The position numbers and the translations under genes were made by a program. Below are positions 25,281 to 32,000 of a stretch of 32,000 nucleotides of DNA, piece after piece. The notes beneath the pieces were generated by a model. It was not told the DNA's origin, ran no database searches, and worked only from the letters and a program-made list of their open reading frames with translations. The stretch's first letter is position 1; each line of letters opens with the position of its first letter. Source of the DNA: Cylindrospermopsis raciborskii Cr2010 (GTDB lineage: Bacteria > Cyanobacteriota > Cyanobacteriia > Cyanobacteriales > Nostocaceae); NCBI RefSeq assembly GCF_003367075.2, contig NZ_CP065936.1, positions 3,000,001-3,032,000 of the forward strand, written 5' to 3'.

Positions 25281-26075
25281 ATGCTGGAATTATATCAATG
25301 GGAATTATCTCACTATTCAGAGAAAGTGCGTCTATGCCTTGATTATAAAGGCTTGCAATACCGCAAAATTGAAGTTACACCGGGCATAGGTCAGTGGGAG
25401 CTTTTCCGCTTAACTGGACAAAAACAGGTTCCTGTGTTGAAAGATGGTAATAACTATATTGTGGATTCTAGTGAAATCGCTAAGTACCTGGATCTGGAAT
25501 ATCCCGATCGCCCTTTAATACCCAAGGAGCAAAAAAAACGCGCCCAGGCACTATTATTAGAAGATTGGGCTGATGAAACCCTTGGTGTTCTAGGACGTAA
25601 AGCCTTTTTCGCTGCTGTTAGTCAAGACCAGTCTTTTCGTAAATCACTTTTACCTCTATCAACTCCAGATTTTCTCAAATCTGTAGTGGTGGGTGTTCCT
25701 GGTGATATTTTGAGTGTCTTAGGTGTGGGAGTTGGTTTCACTCCAGATGCAATTAAATCGGCGATCGCCAATTTGAAGCAAGATCTAGAAATCCTCATGG
25801 AACTATTATCGGATAGTCCCTACCTACTGGGGGATGAACCCTGTATAGCAGATCTAGCTGTAGCGGGATTATCAATATTATTGAAGTTCCCCACGGGTCC
25901 CTATTTAGACTTACCAGAATCTCTTAGAGGCAAGGGTCTACCTATTTTAGCAGATAATCTTGATTATGAGCGATTCTTCTCTTGGCGCGATCGCATTTAT
26001 TCACAATTCAGGAAACCTTTAACGGGTCAAACTCCTGCTACCACCAGCGGTCCAAGTTCCATAGAAATTGATTAA
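25281..26075 (+). CDS. Glutathione S-transferase family protein
   Basis: Thioredoxin-like N-domain (LELYQWELSHYSEKVR...KQVPVLKDGNNYIVDSSEIAKYL) and a helical C-domain. Confidence 0.75.
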   Translation: MLELYQWELSHYSEKVRLCLDYKGLQYRKIEVTPGIGQWELFRLTGQKQVPVLKDGNNYIVDSSEIAKYLDLEYPDRPLIPKEQKKRAQALLLEDWADETLGVLGRKAFFAAVSQDQSFRKSLLPLSTPDFLKSVVVGVPGDILSVLGVGVGFTPDAIKSAIANLKQDLEILMELLSDSPYLLGDEPCIADLAVAGLSILLKFPTGPYLDLPESLRGKGLPILADNLDYERFFSWRDRIYSQFRKPLTGQTPATTSGPSSIEID

Positions 26076-26092
26076 ATAGGACTGTGACCTAA

Positions 26093-26140
26093 GCCAGAAC
26101 GCTAGATTTGGTGGCGTGAGTACCGGATAGGCGTTCTGGC
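26093..26140. repeat. 10-bp perfect inverted repeat with a 28-nt spacer
   Basis: GCCAGAACGC (26093-26102) / GCGTTCTGGC (26131-26140), with a T7 run at 26153-26159. Sits between GST and the HerA-like gene; possible terminator or regulatory stem-loop. Confidence 0.4.
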
Positions 26141-26182
26141 ACTAACCAGCTATTTTTTTAGATCAACTGAAATGAGTTTAAA

Positions 26183-27907
26183 ATGAGTTCTGGAAATCCA
26201 TTAGGTTCGGTTATTAGAGGTTCTTTAACCAAGGGGTTAGAGATCAGATTACACTCTGATGTCTCCGTAGAAGATATGCGTGTTGGTAAATTTCTGGTCA
26301 TCCAAGGTGTCCGTTCTCGTTTCTTTTGCATGGTGACCGATGTTGCCCTAGGAACGGCAAATGAACGGATTATAGCCAGTCCTCCCAATTGGGAAGATAC
26401 TTTTTTAAGGGAGGTTTTGGCTGGTAGCAGTACCTATGGTATCGTCACCTTGGCACCAATGCTCATGTTTACACCAGAAGATACGGAGCATACTTTTAAC
26501 GGTAAATCTGCCCAGAGTTCAGCATTTTCTGGGAATGGTTTGGCATCTTTTCAGCCTCAAACCGCAACCACAATGGAACTGCTACCGGTAAAAACCATAC
26601 CTACTCACTTTAGTCAGGTTTACGAAGCTGAGGAATATGATTTTCGCAAAGTTTTTGGATGGGAAGACGATCAGCAGCGCAAAAACTTCTCTATTGGTAA
26701 ACCCTTGGATATGGATGTGCCAGTTTGTATTGACTTAAATCGGTTTGTAGAAAGGAGTAATGGGGTTTTTGGTAAATCTGGAACTGGTAAATCCTTTCTC
26801 ACCCGGTTACTTTTAGCTGGTGTTATCCGTAAAAATGCTGCTGTTAACCTAATTTTTGATATGCACTCCGAATATGGTTGGGAAGCGGTAGCAGAGGGTA
26901 AAGAAGTAAGCACGGTCAAAGGTCTCAAACAACTATTTCCTGACAAGGTAGAAGTTTACACCTTAGATCCGGAAGCGACTAAGCGAAGAGGTGTTAGGGA
27001 CGCACAGGAGCTATATCTCAATTACGAGCAAATAGAAGTAGAAGATCTGAAACTTTGTGCCAATGAGTTAGGAGTTAGTGATGCTTCAATGGATAGTGCT
27101 AGCATTCTATATAAACAGTTAGGTGACCGTTGGATTCCCGAATTGCTGGGAATGACAGGGGATGACATCAAATTGTTTTGCGATGAAAATCCTGGTCATG
27201 TGGGGTCAATTGCAGCTTTGCAGCGCAAACTAATGCGACTTGAGAACCTGAAATATATACGAAACGCACGTAAAGATAACTATATTAAGAAAATAGTGCA
27301 ATCTTTGGAAGCTGGGAAAAATGTGGTGATAGAATTTGGAACACAGTCAAACATGCTATCATATATGCTGGTAACCAACATGATTACCAGACGTATACAT
27401 GATCACTATGTTACCAAAGCGGACAAATTTTTGCACACCAAGAATCCGCTGGATAAGCCAACACCACTAATGATTACAATAGAAGAAGCCCATAGGTTTC
27501 TTGATTCCGCAGTAGTTCAAAGTACCATATTTGGCACCATCGCTAGGGAGTTGAGGAAGTATTTTGTCACCCTTTTGGTGGTTGATCAGCGCCCATCGGG
27601 AATAGATAATGAAATCATGTCCCAGATTGGCACCCGGATTACAGCTTTGCTAAACGACGAAAAGGATATTGAGGCGATTTTTACCGGGGTGTCGGGTGGT
27701 AGTGTCCTACGTTCAGTATTAGCGAAGCTGGACTCTAAGCAGCAAGCCCTAATCCTAGGTCATGCTGTGCCGATGCCTGTAGTAATACGTACTCGGGCAT
27801 ACGATGGAGTGTTTTATAAAGAGATTGGCGATGTAGATTGGCAAGAGATGTCGGATGTAGAGGTTTTTGCTGCTGCCAAGCTGGCTAAAGCAGATTTGGG
27901 TTTTTAG
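26183..27907 (+). CDS. HerA-like (DUF87, FtsK/HerA superfamily) P-loop ATPase
   Basis: N-terminal HAS-barrel-like region (VGKFLVIQGVRSRFFCMVTDV), Walker A GKSGTGKS, Walker B MITIEEAHRFL, LLVVDQRPSGID, ALILGHAVPMP. Confidence 0.8.
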   Translation: MSSGNPLGSVIRGSLTKGLEIRLHSDVSVEDMRVGKFLVIQGVRSRFFCMVTDVALGTANERIIASPPNWEDTFLREVLAGSSTYGIVTLAPMLMFTPEDTEHTFNGKSAQSSAFSGNGLASFQPQTATTMELLPVKTIPTHFSQVYEAEEYDFRKVFGWEDDQQRKNFSIGKPLDMDVPVCIDLNRFVERSNGVFGKSGTGKSFLTRLLLAGVIRKNAAVNLIFDMHSEYGWEAVAEGKEVSTVKGLKQLFPDKVEVYTLDPEATKRRGVRDAQELYLNYEQIEVEDLKLCANELGVSDASMDSASILYKQLGDRWIPELLGMTGDDIKLFCDENPGHVGSIAALQRKLMRLENLKYIRNARKDNYIKKIVQSLEAGKNVVIEFGTQSNMLSYMLVTNMITRRIHDHYVTKADKFLHTKNPLDKPTPLMITIEEAHRFLDSAVVQSTIFGTIARELRKYFVTLLVVDQRPSGIDNEIMSQIGTRITALLNDEKDIEAIFTGVSGGSVLRSVLAKLDSKQQALILGHAVPMPVVIRTRAYDGVFYKEIGDVDWQEMSDVEVFAAAKLAKADLGF

Positions 27908-28356
27908 TGGTGAACCAGAACGAGACTTTTGCTTTGCCAATTTCGTAATATCTACCACGGAAAAACTAGGATTGGTTCGGTTATCAGGTAAGCTGTGGTA
28001 ACACCAAAAACCACTCCTCAAGTCATAATGGACGAATGTATAGCTGGTGGATTAGCAAGTCCCCAGAGTTAATAATATAGCAGTGATGGGATTGTCGTAA
28101 CATATTCCTGGGTTTTTAGGAACAAGGATCGTGGTGACAGCGTCGTGATTACAAGTACACTAAATTAACGACTGTAGTAAATGATCTTGATATAAACGAC
28201 TGTGATAGTTTTAATCAGCTTTGAAATCTAGCTTTGGAAATGTAGCTCGACTGAAAATATACCTCCTTATCATAGCAATCAGGAGATAAGCGGGGAAATA
28301 GTCTAAAGAAAGAGTGATTTTGTATAGGTGTATATAGAGTAAGGGGTAAAGTACTA

Positions 28357-29340
28357 ATGTCTACTGTTAAAAAAGAAAGTGATAACGGAAAAACCAAATT
28401 GACAGCGGATATGGTGCGAACCTATCTGCGAGAAATTGGTCGCGTACCCCTGTTGAACCGGGAACAGGAAATAATCTACGGTAAGCAAGTGCAGCAAATG
28501 ATGCTCTTACTGGAAGCTAAGGAAGCACTAACTAAAGAACTGGGGTATGAACCAAGTTTATCAGAATGGGCAATTTATGTTAACCAGTCGGAGAACGACC
28601 TGAAACATAAAATATCTACGGGTAAGCGAGCTAAGCAAAAGATGATTGAAGCTAACCTAAGATTAGTCGTAGCAATTGCCAAGAAGTACCAAAAGCGGAA
28701 TATGGAATTTCTGGATTTGATTCAAGAAGGAACTCTGGGATTAGAACGGGGAGTAGAGAAGTTTGACCCTACCATGGGTTATAAGTTTTCTACCTATGCT
28801 TACTGGTGGATCCGTCAAGCAATTACCAGAGCAATTGCTCAACAGGGAAGAACTATTCGTCTCCCCATCCATATTACCGAAAAGTTGAACAAAATCAAAA
28901 AAGTGCAAAGGGAGTTGGCGCAAAAGTTAGGGAGGTCTCCTTCACCGACGGAGATTGCCAAGGAATTGGAGTTGGAACCTGCTCAAATTCGAGAGTATTT
29001 GAATATAGCTCGTCAACCGATTTCCCTGGACGTGCGAGTGGGTGACAATCAGGATACAGAACTGCAAGAAATGTTGGAAGATCATGGCCTGTCACCTGAG
29101 CATTACACCACCCAGGAGTTTTTGCGTCATGACCTCAATAACCTATTAGCAGAACTGACTCCTCAGCAGAGAGAAGTTGTGATTTTGAGGTTTGGGTTAG
29201 AAGATGGGAACGAAATGTCTTTAGCGAAGGTTGGGGATCGGTTGAATATTAGTCGTGAGCGCGTTCGTCAACTTGAACATCAAGCTTTAACACATTTACG
29301 CCGTCGTAGAAGTAATGTAAAAGAATATGTTACTAATTAG
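28357..29340 (+). CDS. Group-2 sigma-70 family sigma factor (SigB/D/E-like)
   Basis: [87 protein letters not shown]; 327 aa. Confidence 0.9.
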   Translation: MSTVKKESDNGKTKLTADMVRTYLREIGRVPLLNREQEIIYGKQVQQMMLLLEAKEALTKELGYEPSLSEWAIYVNQSENDLKHKISTGKRAKQKMIEANLRLVVAIAKKYQKRNMEFLDLIQEGTLGLERGVEKFDPTMGYKFSTYAYWWIRQAITRAIAQQGRTIRLPIHITEKLNKIKKVQRELAQKLGRSPSPTEIAKELELEPAQIREYLNIARQPISLDVRVGDNQDTELQEMLEDHGLSPEHYTTQEFLRHDLNNLLAELTPQQREVVILRFGLEDGNEMSLAKVGDRLNISRERVRQLEHQALTHLRRRRSNVKEYVTN

Positions 29341-29385
29341 TTAGGGGCTGAGGGTGATCGCTTGTTCTATGCTATGGTTTTACCA

Positions 29386-29758
29386 TCAGCTGCGATCGCC
29401 TGCATTACTGAGGTTTAAGAACAGGGTCTCATTCGATTCATCAGTACTGTCGCCAATAATCGGGACCTTGACTGTTAGGAGAGTGTTCCCACCGTAAAAA
29501 CTAAGGCTACCATTGGTGGCAATCATTACCAAAGGTAAAAGCTTTTGTGCCAGAATTACCCTCTGTTTGGGTGGCATTGGTAGATGCGATCGCTAATCCA
29601 GTATCATCATTCTGAGCGGAACCCACCAAATTACTAGATTGGGTAATCGGTAAACGAGTATTACAAGACCGACGTTGTTTGTGGATTGAATTATCGGTTC
29701 CCCGGGAATCATCTTTGACGGATTCGGAAGTGATGGATATTTGGCAGGTTATAGTTAA
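29386..29758 (-). pseudogene. Degenerate Calx-beta repeat remnant (frameshifted/truncated)
   Basis: Tracked ORF ends ...SLSFYGGNTLLTVKVPIIGDSTDESNETLFLNLSNA (second half of a Calx-beta domain). An adjacent different frame reads ...IASTNATQTEGNSGTKAFTF (first half of a Calx-beta domain) and then stops. No intact long ORF. Confidence 0.45.
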
Positions 29759-29892
29759 TTACTGGCGATCTCATTTTCCTCCTCTGCGCAGTTAATAATC
29801 TACCTTCTTGCCAACTTTGCTATATAATCGTCGGAAGTTGGTGAGTGGCCCCCGGGGCTTTAGTATATTAAATAAATTTACTGAAATTAGTT

Positions 29893-31266
29893 ATGGTAGC
29901 AGTAGCAATTCTCGCAGCTGGTAAAGGTACAAGAATGAAATCCCGCCTCCCTAAGGTTTTACATCCTCTTGGTGGCAAGTCTTTGGTGGAAAGGGTTATT
30001 GATAGTGTTCAACCTCTAGCACCTACTAGAAAGTTTGTGATTGTTGGATATGAATCCCAGATGGTTAGGGATGCTTTAAGTAAAAATTCGGGTAAACATT
30101 CTAATTTGGAGTTTGTGGAGCAGTCTGTGCAACTGGGTACTGGTCATGCTATTCAACAACTGCTTCCCTATTTATCTGATTATGATGGTAATCTGCTTAT
30201 TTTAAATGGTGATGTTCCTCTACTCAAAACGGAAACCTTACAGCAGTTACTACAAACCCATCAGGAAAATGACAATGCTTGTACTATCCTCACTGCTAAT
30301 CTGGCTCAACCGGATGGTTATGGCAGGGTTTTTTGCGATGATAATCAAATAGTTCACCAAATGGTTGAACATAAAGATTGTACACATATACAAAGAAAAA
30401 ATAATCGTGTTAATGCCGGTATTTATTGCTTTAATTGGCAAAATCTGGCAACCATACTACCCCATTTGGATAATAATAATGTGCAAAAGGAATATTATCT
30501 CACTGATGCGGTGGTTCAAGTCGGTAAGGTGATGGCCGTGGATGTGAGTGATGAACGGGAAATTTGGGGAATTAATGACCGACGACAATTGGCTGATGCT
30601 TATCAGCTTTTGCAACAACACATCAAGGAAAAATGGCTCCTAGCAGGGGTGAGCATCACAGACCCAAGTAGTGTTACTATTGATGAAACTGTGGAAATGG
30701 AACCAGATGTGATTATTGAACCTCAAACCCATCTGCGAGGAAAAACTTTAATTCGCTCTGGTAGTCGCATTGGACCTGGAAGTTTAATTGAGAATAGTCA
30801 AATAGGAGAAAATGTTACGGTTCTATATTCCGTAATCACAGATAGTTTGGTGGAACAAGGAACAAAAATAGGACCCTTCGCTCACTTACGTGGTCATGTG
30901 GAAGCTGGCGAAAATTGTCGTATTGGTAATTTTGTAGAATTGAAAAATACCCAACTAGGCGATCGCTCGAATGTGGCCCATCTTTCTTATTTGGGTGATA
31001 CAAGTACGGGCACACAGGTGAATATTGGCGCGGGGACAATTACTGCTAATTATGATGGGGTGAAAAAACACAGAACTAGAATAGGCGATCGCACTAAAAC
31101 TGGATCCAATAGTGTTTTAGTAGCACCAATTAGCATAGGTAATGATGTATATATTGCCGCAGGGTCAACGGTTACAGAAGATGTGGAAAATGATGCTTTG
31201 GTGATAGCTAGAAGTCGTCAGGTGGTGAAACCGGGGTGGAAAATCAAAAGGGAATTAGCGGAGTAA
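29893..31266 (+). CDS. glmU: Bifunctional UDP-N-acetylglucosamine diphosphorylase / glucosamine-1-phosphate N-acetyltransferase
   Basis: [19 protein letters not shown]-terminal nucleotidyltransferase motif, C-terminal left-handed beta-helix hexapeptide repeats, 457 aa. Confidence 0.95.
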   Translation: MVAVAILAAGKGTRMKSRLPKVLHPLGGKSLVERVIDSVQPLAPTRKFVIVGYESQMVRDALSKNSGKHSNLEFVEQSVQLGTGHAIQQLLPYLSDYDGNLLILNGDVPLLKTETLQQLLQTHQENDNACTILTANLAQPDGYGRVFCDDNQIVHQMVEHKDCTHIQRKNNRVNAGIYCFNWQNLATILPHLDNNNVQKEYYLTDAVVQVGKVMAVDVSDEREIWGINDRRQLADAYQLLQQHIKEKWLLAGVSITDPSSVTIDETVEMEPDVIIEPQTHLRGKTLIRSGSRIGPGSLIENSQIGENVTVLYSVITDSLVEQGTKIGPFAHLRGHVEAGENCRIGNFVELKNTQLGDRSNVAHLSYLGDTSTGTQVNIGAGTITANYDGVKKHRTRIGDRTKTGSNSVLVAPISIGNDVYIAAGSTVTEDVENDALVIARSRQVVKPGWKIKRELAE

Positions 31267-31311
31267 GACCTAACCTAGCTCCAGCTCTTCCCAGATCCTA
31301 ATTAAACTTGA

Positions 31312-31821
31312 TTAGATGTTTTGCTCGCTCAACTCACGGGTGATGTAGTCAAAAGGTTCATCTACAAAAGCAGCGTTGGCCACACCAGCAGCTATAGCTT
31401 GTTCTCTCGCTAAGTCTTTCATAATTTGAATGCCACGCACAGTAGAACCTATGGGTACATCTAAGGAGTTGTAGGTTTCTCTAAGACCTTGTAACACCCG
31501 TTCATCTAACACGTTCATATTGGCTGCAATCAGGGCATAAGTAGCATAACGAAGATAATAGTCCATATCACGTAAGCAAGCAGCATAGCGACGAGTTGTG
31601 TAAGCATTGCCACCCGGACGAATTAACTCTGGTAGTTCCTCAAATAGTTTAGACCCAGCTTGTTTGACAATAGCAGCAGCATTAGCATTAATAGCAGTAG
31701 CAGCTTGGACTCTGGATGTGCCACTGTCAAAGTAGGACCTGAGACTATCCAGTGCATTCCTGTCAAGATACTTACCAGCTAGGTCATAACTGTTGATTAA
31801 AGTTGTAACTGCATCGCGCAT
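31312..31821 (-). CDS. apcF: Allophycocyanin beta-18 subunit
   Basis: MRDAVTTLINSYDLAGKYLDRNA...PELIRPGGNAYTTRRYAACLRDMDYYLRYATYAL...VRGIQIMK...DEPFDYITRELSE; ApcF-specific features rather than ApcB; 169 aa. Confidence 0.9.
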   Translation of the reverse strand: MRDAVTTLINSYDLAGKYLDRNALDSLRSYFDSGTSRVQAATAINANAAAIVKQAGSKLFEELPELIRPGGNAYTTRRYAACLRDMDYYLRYATYALIAANMNVLDERVLQGLRETYNSLDVPIGSTVRGIQIMKDLAREQAIAAGVANAAFVDEPFDYITRELSEQNI

Positions 31822-32000
31822 TCTGTGTTTCTCCCAATAGTTAATAGTTACTATCTATGATTAGATATTAAAGTTGGTTCCACTCATCTGATATTTGTCA
31901 TTCCTTTAGAACTGGGGAATATCAAATAATCCATTAAATAAGAATTCTATGTTAAAGTTGACCCTGGTCATATAAAGTTTCTTATCTTGTAAAAATGGTG

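Noticed and set aside
27755-28021. 88-aa minus-strand ORF overlapping the 3' end of the HerA-like gene
   Set aside because: It overlaps a supported CDS, has no recognisable motifs and has an odd composition.
28167-28203. Direct repeat AACGACTGT x2 (28167-28175, 28195-28203) upstream of the second sigma factor
   Set aside because: A single 9-mer repeat within a ~450 bp intergenic region is near chance expectation, and there is no supporting structure.
1-32000. Search for tRNA/rRNA genes and CRISPR arrays
   Set aside because: No cloverleaf-like T-arm/anticodon arrangements, rRNA-like segments or regularly spaced 28-37 nt direct repeats were seen in any intergenic region.

Overview
Chromosomal segment of a cyanobacterium, probably a filamentous Nostocales-type strain (inference). 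Evidence: photosystem II and phycobilisome genes (psbEFLJ, apcF, cpcS, nblA, petJ), an AT-rich background, and at least 23 copies of the HIP1 palindrome GCGATCGC counted by eye. Most of the window is ordinary core genome: ABC1 kinase, PP2C phosphatase, nblA, anmK, kdpABC, priA, two group-2 sigma factors, cytochrome c6, a MAPEG protein, a hemerythrin-domain protein, psbEFLJ, a HEAT-repeat NblB-like protein, a fasciclin protein, GST, a HerA-like ATPase, glmU and apcF. Two things stand out. (1) The phycobiliprotein lyase gene cpcS is split by a ~1.74 kb group II intron (5' GUGCG, domain V, domain VI, EBS1/IBS1 pairing). Its intron-encoded protein has lost the YADD active site and the upstream RT blocks but keeps the maturase (X) domain, so it looks like a domesticated, probably immobile intron in a conserved gene. 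(2) A small accessory patch (about 14.7-18.9 kb) holds an orphan Dam-type methyltransferase, an AT-rich N-terminally truncated LptF/LptG remnant, and a translationally coupled ABC-type ATPase + small Toprim-like (DUF4276-like) pair. That pair resembles PARIS/OLD/AbiL-type split ATPase-nuclease defence modules and, as far as I know, has not been characterised. Smaller observations: a 4 x 12-nt tandem array abutting the kdpA start codon; kdpABC without kdpD/E and with anmK start/stop-overlapped; a ~930 bp AT-rich leader with phased T-tracts and an 18-bp perfect palindrome upstream of a sigma factor; a Calx-beta pseudogene remnant; and a partnerless HerA-like ATPase. I saw no tRNA, rRNA or CRISPR array. 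psbF, psbL and psbJ are below the ORF-track cutoff and were found by manual translation.
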